A DNA stretch of 64,000 bases from an uncultured Gammaproteobacteria bacterium (lineage in GTDB: Bacteria > Patescibacteriota > Microgenomatia > UBA10105 > UBA927), in assembly GCA_964445435.1 (NCBI GenBank), contig CAYUKU010000005.1:6627-70626 (forward strand), in the 5' to 3' direction. Below are positions 36,264 to 46,877 of this stretch, in pieces; position 1 is the first letter of the stretch, and every line of letters starts with the position of its first letter. The notes below the pieces were generated by a model, which was given only the letters and a program-made list of their open reading frames with translations, had not been told where the DNA came from and searched no databases. Both the position numbers and the translations under genes were made by a program.

Positions 36264-37622
36264 ATGTATTACGATTCAATTCTGGACCTTATTGGTCAGA
36301 CGCCGCTTCTTCGCATCCGTAGTTTTCACAAAAACCCCGACGTTACCCTGTTGGCCAAGCTTGAATTTATGAATCCCGGCGGATCGGTGAAGGACCGTAT
36401 TGGTCCTGCCATGATCAACCGCGCGGAGAAAATGGGAAAACTGAAAAAAGGCGGTACGATCGTCGAGCCCACAAGCGGCAACACCGGAACCGGACTTGCG
36501 ATGGTTGCGGCGGTGCGCGGATATAAGACGGTTTTTGTGATGCCGGACAAGATGAGCGACGAGAAGCGAAATCTTCTGCGAGCCTACGGAGCCAAGGTCG
36601 TGATCACTCCGACCGCAGTTCTGGCGCGCGACGAGCGAAGTTACTACAAAGTATCGGACCGTCTGGCTCAGGAGATACCCGGAGCCTACAAACCCGATCA
36701 ATACCACAATCCGGCCAACCCCCAGGTTCACTATGAAACGACTGGGCCTGAGATCTGGAAACAGACCGAAGGCAAAATTACTCATTTCGTCTGCGGCATG
36801 GGAACAGGCGGAACCATAACAGGAGTTGGGAAGTTTTTGAAAGAGAAAAACCCCAATATCAAGATCATCGGCGTTGATCCTGAAGGATCGGTGTTTACCC
36901 AATACAAGAAAACAGGCAAGTTCCCGGATGTGATGAAAACGTACAAGGTCGAGGGAGTCGGAGAAGATTTCATCCCGTCGACAATCGACTTCCGGTATAT
37001 CGATGACGTTATCCAGGTTGGCGATCGCGAATGCTTCACGACGGCCAGACGGCTTGCTCGCGAAGAAGGAGTTCTGGCAGGCGGATCATCGGGGATGGCG
37101 CTTTATGCGGCTTCGCGCGTATGTAATGCGCTGAGAAAAGGTCTTGTTGTTGTGCTGTTTCCCGATTCCGGCAAATCGTATCTTTCCAAGATGTACTCGG
37201 ATGACTGGATGCGGGAAAACGGATTTCTCGCGCCGGACGGGAAACTGGGGAAGATCGGGGATGTGCTTGGTGCCAAGCGTGGTGCACGTATGGTGAGCAT
37301 ATCGTCGCGTGATACGGTGAAGAAAGCTATCCAGATTATGAAGAAAAAAGATATTTCCCAGATGCCCGTTATTGACGGAAATAAGGTCCTGGGGAAGGTT
37401 ACCGAACGGCACCTTCTGACCGGGTTGTACAAAAAAAGTATCGGTCCTTCCAATCACATCGCCGCTACTTTGGATCCCAATGTAATGAAAGTAAGCGCCG
37501 AGGAGTCGATCGATCACGTATCGCAGCTTCTGGAGCTGGAGAATTTGGTCGTAGTGGTGGACGGTTCGGGCAGGCCGCTTGGTGTCGTGACACGCATTGA
37601 TCTTATTGATTATTATACCTAG
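36264..37622 (+). CDS. cystathionine beta-synthase-like (PLP cysteine-synthase fold plus CBS-domain pair)
   Basis: PLP lysine motif GGSVKDR, the TSGNTG loop and C-terminal tandem CBS domains. Promoter TTGACA-17-TATACT lies at 36224-36252. Confidence 0.85.
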   Translation: MYYDSILDLIGQTPLLRIRSFHKNPDVTLLAKLEFMNPGGSVKDRIGPAMINRAEKMGKLKKGGTIVEPTSGNTGTGLAMVAAVRGYKTVFVMPDKMSDEKRNLLRAYGAKVVITPTAVLARDERSYYKVSDRLAQEIPGAYKPDQYHNPANPQVHYETTGPEIWKQTEGKITHFVCGMGTGGTITGVGKFLKEKNPNIKIIGVDPEGSVFTQYKKTGKFPDVMKTYKVEGVGEDFIPSTIDFRYIDDVIQVGDRECFTTARRLAREEGVLAGGSSGMALYAASRVCNALRKGLVVVLFPDSGKSYLSKMYSDDWMRENGFLAPDGKLGKIGDVLGAKRGARMVSISSRDTVKKAIQIMKKKDISQMPVIDGNKVLGKVTERHLLTGLYKKSIGPSNHIAATLDPNVMKVSAEESIDHVSQLLELENLVVVVDGSGRPLGVVTRIDLIDYYT

Positions 37623-37643
37623 TTTCTCTACAATACCCCTATC

Positions 37644-38435
37644 GTGGGAGAGCAAGTGTTTATCCAGCTCATTGCAGACTACGGCATCGGCGACCCCTCA
37701 TTTGGGGAGGTTATTCAGAAGCTGGCTTTTTTGGATCCAACCGCACGCGTCGTTCGCACCTCCGTGCCTCCGTTTAGCACCCTTTCCACTGGGTTTTGGA
37801 CCGCCCAGTACGCGCTTGTCAATCCCGTGCCCCGAATGATGATATACACCAACACAGCGCCCCGGAAGGACAACAAGGAATCCCGCGACAAGAATGAAGG
37901 CGAGCACCTGGTATACGCTGAATTGAAAAACGGCGTGAAGGTTGTCGGGGTAAACGCAGGTTTTTGTTTTTCTTTTGTCAAGCAGCACGTCAGGGGTTTG
38001 TATAAGGTTAATGTAGCAAACAAAGGCTCGCAATTCCGTTCCCGGGATTTCTACCCGGAAGCAGTCATAGGGATTGCGAAAGGAGAGAAAAAATTCGTGG
38101 GAGAGAAGATAAATCTCTCCTCGGTTCCCGATGTGCCGCCGCGGCGGGTAGCATGGATAGACGGATACGGTAATATGAAAACAACTATGCGTGCAAGCGA
38201 GACGAAGTCATTTACGCCGGGTCAGCCGCTTCTGGTTATGATCGGGAATATGAAAAGGACCGCATGGTTTTCAGACGGTTCATTCAGCGTCCGGGAAGGG
38301 GAGCTCGCGTTTGCACCAGGCTCTTCGGGCGGTGAAGACCGGTTCATGGAGTTGTTTTTACGCGGTTTGTCTGCCTGGAAAGAGCTCGGAAAGCCGGAAA
38401 TAGAATCAGAGTTTACCATCGAAGCGATGGAATAA
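37644..38435 (+). CDS. SAM hydroxide adenosyltransferase family protein (DUF62, SAM hydrolase)
   Basis: The N-terminal IQLIADYGIGDPSFGEV matches the DUF62 T-D-F-G...D-x-Y-V-G motif. Possible GTG start. Confidence 0.65.
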   Translation: MGEQVFIQLIADYGIGDPSFGEVIQKLAFLDPTARVVRTSVPPFSTLSTGFWTAQYALVNPVPRMMIYTNTAPRKDNKESRDKNEGEHLVYAELKNGVKVVGVNAGFCFSFVKQHVRGLYKVNVANKGSQFRSRDFYPEAVIGIAKGEKKFVGEKINLSSVPDVPPRRVAWIDGYGNMKTTMRASETKSFTPGQPLLVMIGNMKRTAWFSDGSFSVREGELAFAPGSSGGEDRFMELFLRGLSAWKELGKPEIESEFTIEAME

Positions 38436-38438
38436 ACT

Positions 38439-39662
38439 ATGGCGACAGTTTCACAGCGACTTTTAGAGGTTCCCGCATCTCCCATCCGGAAACTTGTTCC
38501 CCTTGCCACTGCTGCCAAAAAAGAAGGGGTGAAAGTCTATCACCTGAATATCGGGGATCCGGATATAGAAACCCCACCGCCCATGATGAAGGTTTTGTCG
38601 GACTGGAAAGCTAACCCGATCGGCTATAGCCAGTCTCAGGGTGAGCCTGTATTCCTTGAGGCTCTCAAGACGTATTACCACAAACTCGGTGCGACATTTC
38701 TGGATATTCCCAATATCCAGGTAACGAGCGGGGGATCGGAAGGAATTTCGTATGCGATGTTTGCCACTTGCGAGTCAGGCGACGAGGTCATTGTCTTTGA
38801 ACCATTCTATGCCAACTACAACGGATACGCAGTGGTTAACGGCGTGAAGCTGGTTCCCATAAAAACATCGATTGAACAGGGGTTTCACCTGCCGTCTGCC
38901 GCCGAAATCGAGAAGCACATAACTGCCAAAACGAAGGCAATTCTTATCTGTACTCCGAACAACCCCACCGGTACCGTGTACACCAAAGATGAAATGGATA
39001 TGCTTGTCAGCCTGGTGAAGAAACATGGATTGTTTCTCTTGTCTGATGAGGTGTATCGGGAGTATGCCTATGACGGCAAGAAACAGACGTCACTTTTGGG
39101 ATACATGCAGGAGATTCCTTCCCAGGCGATCGTACTTGATAGTATGTCTAAGCGATACAACCTCTGCGGCGTTCGGCTGGGTGTCCTTCTGTCTCTCAAC
39201 GCCGACATCATGGCAGGCGTCCTTCGCATTTCTCAGGGCAGGCTTTCCTGCGGCATTATCGATCAGTCCATCGCGGCGAAATTGACGGATGTTTCTGAAG
39301 ACTGGATGAGAAAAACGCATGATGAGTGGGAGAAGCGGCGAGATGTCCTGTATGAAGGGCTAAAGAACATTCCGGGAGTAACAATTCCGAGGCCTGAGGG
39401 TGCTTTTTACACCATTGTCGGGCTTCCGGTTTCCGACTCGGAAGATTTCGCGCGTTGGCTTCTGACCGATTTTCGCGATCCTTCGGCAAGCTCAGGACAA
39501 CCTGAGACGGTAATGGTCGCGCCCGCCGCTGGCTTCTATGCGACGAAGGGCCTGGGGAAAAACGAAGTCCGGATCGCCTACGTTATAAACACCCGCGACC
39601 TGGCCAGATGCGTCGAGCTTCTCCAAAAGGCCCTCATAGCGTATAATAAAAAGAGTAAATAA
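38439..39662 (+). CDS. class I/II PLP-dependent aminotransferase
   Basis: SKRYNLCGVRLG (PLP lysine) and overall AAT-like pattern. Confidence 0.85.
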   Translation: MATVSQRLLEVPASPIRKLVPLATAAKKEGVKVYHLNIGDPDIETPPPMMKVLSDWKANPIGYSQSQGEPVFLEALKTYYHKLGATFLDIPNIQVTSGGSEGISYAMFATCESGDEVIVFEPFYANYNGYAVVNGVKLVPIKTSIEQGFHLPSAAEIEKHITAKTKAILICTPNNPTGTVYTKDEMDMLVSLVKKHGLFLLSDEVYREYAYDGKKQTSLLGYMQEIPSQAIVLDSMSKRYNLCGVRLGVLLSLNADIMAGVLRISQGRLSCGIIDQSIAAKLTDVSEDWMRKTHDEWEKRRDVLYEGLKNIPGVTIPRPEGAFYTIVGLPVSDSEDFARWLLTDFRDPSASSGQPETVMVAPAAGFYATKGLGKNEVRIAYVINTRDLARCVELLQKALIAYNKKSK

Positions 39663-39670
39663 CCCCTAGA

Positions 39671-39775
39671 AGGCAGCGCGAGAAACCATTTTGAAGACAA
39701 CTGCGCGTTTGCTCGGATTATTGAAGTTTCGCTGAATATGCAAACGCGCATTTAGTGAACAATGGGGCTGCGCCT
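39671..39775. repeat. Family B element, copy B3 (truncated, about 105 bp)
   Basis: GGCAGCGCGAGAAACCATTTTGAAGACAACTGCGCGTTTGC...GCAAACGCGCATTTAGTGAACAATGGGG. The inner stem has compensatory GC-to-CG changes relative to B1 and B2. Confidence 0.7.
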
Positions 39776-39901
39776 CATGATATATTCCAGCATGAGTGAA
39801 CGTGTCTTCATAAATGCGTTTCACGCGATGCCACGTGGTTATGAATAGAATTCTTTGGCTTCGCACAGGAGATGTTGCACGCGATGCATTTGATTTAAAT
39901 T

Positions 39902-40606
39902 ATGAACAAAAAACTTGTTTTATTCGATATCGACGGAACGCTCACCTACCACGTGGGCGCGCGCCGCTGGGAAGAACAGTACGCTCATGGTATGAAGGCG
40001 GCTTGGGGCATCACAACGCCGTATGAATACAGTTTGTATAACGGTTCGATCGAGCGCCACATGGCCTGGGATATCGTGCAGAAACATAATGTCTCGCGGG
40101 AAGACTTTTTCGCCAAATTTCCTACCTACGTGCAGGCTATGCTTGAACATTTGGAGGAGTGGGGGGAGAAGGGTAAGGTATTTGAGCCAATCTCCGAGGC
40201 GGTTGCACTTGTTTCGAAGTTAAGGAACCAGAATGTTCATGTTCTGGGAATACTTACCGGAAATGCCAAACGTATCGCGGATTGGAAGCTCACTCATGTC
40301 GGGTTGTCGCCAGCGTTTTTCCCATTCGGACTGTACGGAGAAGAAGCAGACGATCGCGTATCGCTGGCCCGGCTCGTATTTGCCCGCGCGAAGACGGAGT
40401 TAGGTTGGGACATCGCGCCTTCCGATATCGTCGTTATCGGTGATACGGTGCATGACATCCGCTGCGGCAGAGCAATCGGCGCACGTACAATAGCCGTGAC
40501 GACCGGCATGCACGGCAACAAGGATATTCTGAAAAAAGAAAAGCCTGACCTCCTTGTCTCTTCGCTTGCCGACAAACGGGTTTTGACTCTTTTCGGACTT
40601 TCATAA
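39902..40606 (+). CDS. HAD-family hydrolase
   Basis: LFDIDGTL (motif I) and IGDTVHDIRCG (motif IV). Confidence 0.75.
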   Translation: MNKKLVLFDIDGTLTYHVGARRWEEQYAHGMKAAWGITTPYEYSLYNGSIERHMAWDIVQKHNVSREDFFAKFPTYVQAMLEHLEEWGEKGKVFEPISEAVALVSKLRNQNVHVLGILTGNAKRIADWKLTHVGLSPAFFPFGLYGEEADDRVSLARLVFARAKTELGWDIAPSDIVVIGDTVHDIRCGRAIGARTIAVTTGMHGNKDILKKEKPDLLVSSLADKRVLTLFGLS

Positions 40607-40657
40607 GTGCCCCTCTTTTCAGAATCGGGAAAGTGGAGTAGTATACGGTATATAACG

Positions 40658-41572
40658 ATGAAGGACTATATCCTTTATTCAGGTTCCAGCAATTTGCCCC
40701 TGGCTCAGGAGGTCGCCAAAATCCTCAATATTACCCTCGGAAACGTCGATTTGACCCGTTTTGCTGACGGAGAGCTTCGCCCTTGGATTCAGGACGATAT
40801 CCGCGATAAGACGGTCATTGTCCTTGAGTCTCTCTCATATCCCATGGATGAATACGTCATGGAGTTGGTGTTGATGGGCGACGCCATCCGCCGCTGCGCC
40901 CCCAAGCGCACGATTGCCGTTATCCCGTATCTGGGCTACGCCAGACAAGACAAGCTGCATCGCCTGGGTGAGCCGGTATCGGCACGGGTCATGGTGAAAT
41001 TTTTGGAAGTCAGCCAGTTTGCCGAGATTATCGGTGTGGATTTCCACAATAACGCGATTGTCGGATTTTTTGAGATTCCGGTCACACACGTGACTGCCAT
41101 GGATGTGGTGGCGGAGGAAGTCAAAAAGTTAAATATTAAAGACGGCATCGTCGTCTCACCGGATGTCGGCGGATCCAAGCGTGCCCGCAACATGGCGTAT
41201 TACCTCGATATGCCGCTTGCGGTGATGGAGAAGAAGCGCTTCCTTGACCGCCACGACACGACTGAGACATATGAGATTATCGGTGAAGTCGCCGGGAAAA
41301 CGGCCATTATCTGTGACGACGTTATCTCAACCGGCGGCACGACCGTAAATGCGGCGTATTCCCTGAAAGCGGCAGGAGCCACGCGCATCATCGCAACGAC
41401 GACCCACGGAATATTTGCAAAAGATGCGGTTGCCAAACTCATGGAATCTCCGATCGAGCAGGTTTTCAGCACGAACACCATTCTCATCCCGAAGGAAAAA
41501 CAGTTCGAGAAATTGAAAACAGTGTCCGTTGCCCCGCTTCTGGCCAATGCAATTTCCACCCTGGTACGGTAA
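40658..41572 (+). CDS. prs: ribose-phosphate pyrophosphokinase
   Basis: PRPP synthetase pattern with DLHA-like and DDVISTGGT PRPP-binding motifs. Confidence 0.9.
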   Translation: MKDYILYSGSSNLPLAQEVAKILNITLGNVDLTRFADGELRPWIQDDIRDKTVIVLESLSYPMDEYVMELVLMGDAIRRCAPKRTIAVIPYLGYARQDKLHRLGEPVSARVMVKFLEVSQFAEIIGVDFHNNAIVGFFEIPVTHVTAMDVVAEEVKKLNIKDGIVVSPDVGGSKRARNMAYYLDMPLAVMEKKRFLDRHDTTETYEIIGEVAGKTAIICDDVISTGGTTVNAAYSLKAAGATRIIATTTHGIFAKDAVAKLMESPIEQVFSTNTILIPKEKQFEKLKTVSVAPLLANAISTLVR

Positions 41573-41583
41573 AATGGCCGGGT

Positions 41584-42192
41584 ATGCCACTTCTCCCGAA
41601 AGCCGTTTCGAAAGTTATTGAATCATTTGAGCGTTTGCCCGGGATCGGCCCCAAGACGGCGACGCGTTTAGCTTTTTACCTTCTCCATGTGCCGCAAGAG
41701 GAGCTTGACGGGTTTGCCGGGAGCCTCGCGGGGCTGAAAGCCAACACCGTGTTGTGCTCCGTCTGCAAAAACGTCGCCGAGGCAGACCCCTGCGGCATTT
41801 GCAGCAACCCGGCCCGAGATCATAGCGTCATCTGCGTGGTAGAAAGTTCCACGGACGTTCTTTCGCTTGAGCGGACCGGGAAATTTCAGGGAGTGTATCA
41901 CGTGCTTCACGGAGCGATTGATCCCCTCAATAACATCGGGCCGGATGAGATTTATATCGCGGATCTGGTCAAACGGGTGAGAAACGACAGCGCGATTGCA
42001 GAAATAATTCTTGCCACCAATCCGAATATGGAAGGGGAGGCAACAGCGATGTACATAACCAAACAGGTAAAAGCAGTCAACGACGCGCTTCGGATTACCC
42101 GGCTCGCGCACGGTCTTCCTGTAGGAGCGGATATCGAATATGCAGATGAGGTTACTCTGACGCGGGCGCTCGAAGGCAGAAGAGAGTATTAA
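41584..42192 (+). CDS. recR: recombination protein RecR
   Basis: HhH, the C4 Zn finger CSVCKN...CGIC and a Toprim domain. Confidence 0.9.
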   Translation: MPLLPKAVSKVIESFERLPGIGPKTATRLAFYLLHVPQEELDGFAGSLAGLKANTVLCSVCKNVAEADPCGICSNPARDHSVICVVESSTDVLSLERTGKFQGVYHVLHGAIDPLNNIGPDEIYIADLVKRVRNDSAIAEIILATNPNMEGEATAMYITKQVKAVNDALRITRLAHGLPVGADIEYADEVTLTRALEGRREY

Positions 42193-42330
42193 ATTGCTAC
42201 AAAAATAGCGCCCATCCAGAATTCTTTATAGTACCACGGTATGTCCGTGAGACAGGAACCCCTTCAAGAGCGCTATTTAATGGTGACGTACGTTACGTCG
42301 GACGATGATCACAGGCTGGCTGTTCGTGCC

Positions 42331-42603
42331 CTAGTTTTTCTTGGGCGGGTGCATCTTGAGATTTACGTTCTGATTGATTTGACGGCGTCGCTCGTTAGCG
42401 GTTTGTCGATCTAAGGGGCCGACCATCTTTCGCGGTTCGTACTTGCGCCGTTCACCCAGTGACACGTGCATGTCTTCCACTCGGAGACCGAGCGTTTTGC
42501 ATATCTCGATTTCCAGTTGTTGGATGTCGGGTTCGGTCGAAAGGACGATATAGTGCCCCCGTCCTTTTTCTCGTGTTGTGTACTCGCCATTTCTTGAAGC
42601 CAT
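42331..42603 (-). CDS. rpsF: possible 30S ribosomal protein S6
   Basis: HYIVLSTEPD...RVEDMHVSLGERRKYE resembles S6 (HYEIVFMVHPD...RLEDWGRRQLAY). Strong RBS GGAGG 8 nt upstream. Confidence 0.4.
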   Translation of the reverse strand: MASRNGEYTTREKGRGHYIVLSTEPDIQQLEIEICKTLGLRVEDMHVSLGERRKYEPRKMVGPLDRQTANERRRQINQNVNLKMHPPKKN

Positions 42604-42873
42604 TTCTAATTACCTCCGGTGTGTGAGTTGTAGTGCTATTTTTAGACTTTGCCATTGCCTGTGTCCCTGTTGGGATATCCGGCCTCGGAAAGAGGCAAAA
42701 TATTCCAACAGGGCGTAACGTCCGTTTTTAAAGTGCGTTCTGTCTATACAATTTCTGAGTGGCGTTCACCTGAATTGAAGATAGACAGAGGAAGAAGTAT
42801 ACCAGAATTGTTTTTGGAGGTCAATTACTATAGGGCTATTGCTTCGGGATACCGCATTGGGCATAATGCCCCT

Positions 42874-43176
42874 ATGGTCACCAAAAAACAGGTAGAAGCG
42901 GTACTTGATACCATTCCGGATCCGGAAATCGGCGTATCCATCGTCCAGCTCGGTCTTATCTATAAGGTGGAGGTGGATAAAGATGGAAATGTGCATATCC
43001 TTATGACCCTTACGACCATCGGTTGCCCGCTGTTTGAGCAGATCGAAGGGCCGATTAAGGATGAAGTTGCCAAACTTGATGGCGTGAAGGATATCACGGT
43101 GGAGCTTACCTTTGAACCGCCCTGGACTCCTGATACAATGAGTGAAGAAGCCAAAATGCAATTAGGATTCATGTAA
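42874..43176 (+). CDS. DUF59/MIP18-family Fe-S assembly protein (SufT-like)
   Basis: IPDPEIGVSIVQLGLIY...TLTTIGCP is the DUF59 signature. Promoter TTGCTT-17-CATAAT, then 6 nt to the ATG. Confidence 0.65.
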   Translation: MVTKKQVEAVLDTIPDPEIGVSIVQLGLIYKVEVDKDGNVHILMTLTTIGCPLFEQIEGPIKDEVAKLDGVKDITVELTFEPPWTPDTMSEEAKMQLGFM

Positions 43177-43179
43177 CGT

Positions 43180-43641
43180 ATGCCCAACGGTGTTCCCAGT
43201 CAGATTATAAGCGAATTAGGCGAACTAGGGAAAAAGGTCGGCGGCGAAGTGGCCAAGATTCCCAAGGACATCGCCGGCAAGGCCCTTGAAAGCATGGGTA
43301 CGGCAAGCGGTAAAGCAGGAACCACTACCCCCAAAGCGCCTCCAAGTGAGGCGAAAAGCGACTCCATGTGGGATAGAATCGGTCTCGAGAAAGATAAGAA
43401 GATCAAGCGCGCGATTGCAAGGAAGGCGCTTGAGGATCTTATAAATAAGCAGCCCCAACGAAGAGAGCCCTCCATCTGGGAGCGGCTCCAGATGGAGCAG
43501 GAACAGAAGAAACAAGCTCAGCAACAGGCCGGTGCAGGCTCACCGCTTCCCATGCCCGCAAGCAAGCGTCCGCGCGGAGACCTCTACGGCGCGAAGGCGA
43601 AAAAGACCGCCACCGAAAACAAAAACGTCCGGCAAGATTGA
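43180..43641 (+). CDS. hypothetical Lys/Gln-rich protein
   Basis: 153-aa ORF tightly coupled to the upstream gene. Confidence 0.4.
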   Translation: MPNGVPSQIISELGELGKKVGGEVAKIPKDIAGKALESMGTASGKAGTTTPKAPPSEAKSDSMWDRIGLEKDKKIKRAIARKALEDLINKQPQRREPSIWERLQMEQEQKKQAQQQAGAGSPLPMPASKRPRGDLYGAKAKKTATENKNVRQD

Positions 43642-43685
43642 GATGAAAGGCATTAGACTTCGGGTGACGCGCGAAATTCCAAACA

Positions 43686-43781
43686 AGCGGCGAAGTGACT
43701 CTATCAAAGACAACTGAGCGTTAACCCGACCTGGTAGTGAGTTTCCTGAATATGTGAATATTCATTGAGCGAACGATGGGA
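43686..43781. repeat. Family B element, copy B4 (degenerate, about 96 bp)
   Basis: AGCGGCGAAGTGACTCTATCAAAGACAACTGAGCGTT...ATTGAGCGAACGATGGG. The right end lies 8 nt before the ATG of the next gene. Confidence 0.6.
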
Positions 43782-43789
43782 ATGTCCGT

Positions 43790-45403
43790 ATGATACACAA
43801 AAAGCCATCCGGTAAGCGCGCCTTTGAAATTCGTCGACGAGCCGATTGGAAAGTCGTTATTCCATTTTCGAAGCGTCTTCTTCTTGCATCGCTTCTCCTT
43901 CCCCTCTGGATTTTCCTTCGCTCCGCCTACCGAGACAGGATCGGCGCGTTCGGGTGCTTCGATGACTGCTTCAACATTATGGGCGGCCATTTCCTCCTTC
44001 GGGGGAAGCGTTTGTTTTCCGAAATATTTTTCAACCACATGCCCGCAATGGCGCATCTAAGCGCCTGGATTCAGGCTGCTACGAAGCCCGATTCCATCTA
44101 TATGCTTATCTACCAGCACCGGATGTTTATGATCTATTTTTCCCTCATTGCTGACGTACTTTTGGTATTGCGGTTTGGCCTTCCCGCGCTTGCATTTGCG
44201 TTTCTCTATGAGTCGACGAAAGGATTTATCTTTGGTGAGCGGTTTCTTGCGGAAGGCCTTATCGTCTATCCGCTTGTTTATGCGCTGGGCGTTTCATGGG
44301 AAGCCTTGCGCAAGGGGACGGTGCGGACGGTGGAAGTATGGATTATGACTCTGCTCACTCTCGGCGTGGTATTTTCCCGCGAGCCGTATATACCGCTTGC
44401 GCTTTTCTTGTGGGGAACGGTTCTTTGGAAAGCCAAACGGGTACCGGGCATTGTCGCTATCGCGGCTTTTGTAGCGGCTGCAGGCGTGCTCGTCGTTTCA
44501 TACGGTCCCAGAGATTTCTTCTTTAATGTTGTGACTGTGAGTAGGCGCGTTATCGATGTCGAAAGCCAATTGACGTCTTCGGGAGCTGGCGGGCTGGCGG
44601 CAGTGGTCCTGTATCCGATTCTTCTTTTCTTCAAAGGCGAGTGGAATCTCTTCCATCAGGTCGAGGCGATTATGAGCGCTTTTTTCCTTCTTGGGGTAGT
44701 ATGGTTTGCCAAACGCGGGGAGTGGGGCAAGGCGATATGGTGGGTGGGCGTTCTGACGCTTGCCAACATCCGCACCATTGCGCCCGGATCCCTTTATTAC
44801 GGTACGTTTCATCATCTTCCATGGTATGCACTTATCGTTGCGGGATCAGGGGTGATGATGCGCCAGGTATGGCCGAAACTCTTTGTTCTCGCCTTCGCCG
44901 CGACGTCGCTGTATGCCATTGTGTCTCCGGCATCATACCTTCACGAGAAGGTTGATCGGCAGACGGAATTTACGACAAACTACGGACATTACTATGTTGT
45001 CGGTGAAGTCGTGAGAAGACTATCGGATGAGGGCAGCACGCTTTTTCTTGACGGTCAGGATGATCTTATTTACTGGCAGGCGAAACGGTATTCATCATAT
45101 CCGTACAGCTGGTATACCTCACTGATGCCGTATTTTCCCCGGTATACGGATGCCAGAAGCAGCATGTTTAAGAATAATCCCCCGGAGTATTACTACGGCA
45201 GCTGCAGTGAAAACAAAGCGCCTGAGGTCGTCCTTCCCACGCCGGAAGCATATGTGCGGCTCTCTCAAAACGGCAAGCCGTCCTGCCTCTGGATTCGGCG
45301 TGACACTTTGACCTCAATACCCGCCGACGCGTGGCAGTCCGTGTCTGAATTCAGATACACACCCCCCCCGACGGTCCTACCGGAATCGGCGTTGAAAAGT
45401 TAA
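43790..45403 (+). CDS. polytopic integral membrane protein (possibly GT-C-type glycosyltransferase-like)
   Basis: 537 aa with at least 10 predicted TM helices and an extracytoplasmic C-terminal domain. Confidence 0.5.
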   Translation: MIHKKPSGKRAFEIRRRADWKVVIPFSKRLLLASLLLPLWIFLRSAYRDRIGAFGCFDDCFNIMGGHFLLRGKRLFSEIFFNHMPAMAHLSAWIQAATKPDSIYMLIYQHRMFMIYFSLIADVLLVLRFGLPALAFAFLYESTKGFIFGERFLAEGLIVYPLVYALGVSWEALRKGTVRTVEVWIMTLLTLGVVFSREPYIPLALFLWGTVLWKAKRVPGIVAIAAFVAAAGVLVVSYGPRDFFFNVVTVSRRVIDVESQLTSSGAGGLAAVVLYPILLFFKGEWNLFHQVEAIMSAFFLLGVVWFAKRGEWGKAIWWVGVLTLANIRTIAPGSLYYGTFHHLPWYALIVAGSGVMMRQVWPKLFVLAFAATSLYAIVSPASYLHEKVDRQTEFTTNYGHYYVVGEVVRRLSDEGSTLFLDGQDDLIYWQAKRYSSYPYSWYTSLMPYFPRYTDARSSMFKNNPPEYYYGSCSENKAPEVVLPTPEAYVRLSQNGKPSCLWIRRDTLTSIPADAWQSVSEFRYTPPPTVLPESALKS

Positions 45404-45426
45404 AGATTTGATAGTAAGCTAAGCGA

Positions 45427-46863
45427 ATGTTGAAGCTCTATAACACGCTGACTCGTAAGACGGAAGAATTCGTACCCCTTAATCCTCCCAAGGTTGGCCT
45501 TTATACCTGCGGCATGACGGTGTATGACTTTGCCCACATCGGCCACGGGAGGAAATACGTCGGGGACGATGTTTTGCGCCGTGTGTTATCCCGATTCGGA
45601 TATGACGTCACGCACGTGCAGAACGTCACCGATGTGGGACACCTTGTCTCGGATGCCGATGATGGTGAAGATAAGATGGAGAAAGGGGCCAAGAAATCCG
45701 GGAAGACCGTTTGGGAAGTCGCCGAATTCTACACCCGTCACTTTTACGACACGATGGACAAACTGAACATTCTTCGGCCTTCCATTGTGTGCAAGGCGAC
45801 AGAGCACATCAAAGAACAAATCGCACTCGTTTCGAAATTGGTCGAGAAAGGGTATGCCTACGACACGCCGGAAGCCGTCTACTTCGACGTTTCCCGCTTT
45901 GAGGATTATGGGAAATTGCTCGGCCAGAGTCTGGAGGAGAAAAAGACGGCAGTCAGGGAAGAGGTGAAAACAGGCGAGCACAAACGGAATCCCGCGGATT
46001 TTGCCCTGTGGTTTAAAAGGGTGGGTCGCTTCGCCGATCACGCGATGCACTGGGAGAGCCCGTGGGGAGACGGGTTTCCGGGGTGGCATATAGAATGTTC
46101 CGCCATGAGCATGAAATATCTGGGAGATACGATCGACATTCACACCGGCGGCATTGATCACATCCCGGTTCATCACCCGAACGAGATTGCTCAGAGTGAA
46201 GGTGCAACGGGCAAACAGTTTGTCCGCTTCTGGGTGCATTACGCATTTCTCATGGTAGACGGCAGGAAGATGAGTAAAAGTCTCGGCAATTACTACACGA
46301 TCGAAGACGTGCTTGGGGAAGGCATTGATCCCATTGCGCTTCGGTATTTCTATCTGACGGCGCATTACAGGAAGCCTTTGAATTTCACCTGGGACGCGCT
46401 CACAGCATCAGCTCACGCCCTGGAAGAATTACGGGAAAAGGTGGGCAGCCTGAATCATCAGAAAGCCGCCATCTCCGGAGAAGGCATGAAATATAAAGCT
46501 TCGTTTGACGCAGCGCTTTCGGGCGATCTCAATACTCCGAAAGCGTTGGCCGTGGTTTGGGAGGTCATACGCTCTTCTCTCAACGACAGTGAAAAATATT
46601 CACTTCTTGTTGATTTCGACGAAGTTCTCGGTCTTCGGTTGTCGCATGTGCCGGTGACGCGGGTGTTCTCGGCAAGCGCGAAGGCAAACATCGCCGCAAG
46701 CGAAATTCCGGATGAAGTGAAATCACTTGTCGATAAACGTCAGGCGTTGCGGGAAGCGAAGAAGTTTAAGGATGCAGACGTAGTGCGTGCCGAGCTTGAA
46801 TCATTCGGATATGTGATTGAAGATACGCCCTCTGGCATCCGCGTAAAAAAAAAGACCAGTTAA
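45427..46863 (+). CDS. cysS: cysteine--tRNA ligase
   Basis: HIGH motif (CGMTVYDFAHIGHGR) and KMSKS. Confidence 0.95.
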   Translation: MLKLYNTLTRKTEEFVPLNPPKVGLYTCGMTVYDFAHIGHGRKYVGDDVLRRVLSRFGYDVTHVQNVTDVGHLVSDADDGEDKMEKGAKKSGKTVWEVAEFYTRHFYDTMDKLNILRPSIVCKATEHIKEQIALVSKLVEKGYAYDTPEAVYFDVSRFEDYGKLLGQSLEEKKTAVREEVKTGEHKRNPADFALWFKRVGRFADHAMHWESPWGDGFPGWHIECSAMSMKYLGDTIDIHTGGIDHIPVHHPNEIAQSEGATGKQFVRFWVHYAFLMVDGRKMSKSLGNYYTIEDVLGEGIDPIALRYFYLTAHYRKPLNFTWDALTASAHALEELREKVGSLNHQKAAISGEGMKYKASFDAALSGDLNTPKALAVVWEVIRSSLNDSEKYSLLVDFDEVLGLRLSHVPVTRVFSASAKANIAASEIPDEVKSLVDKRQALREAKKFKDADVVRAELESFGYVIEDTPSGIRVKKKTS

Positions 46864-46877
46864 CCGCCAACCGCCCC

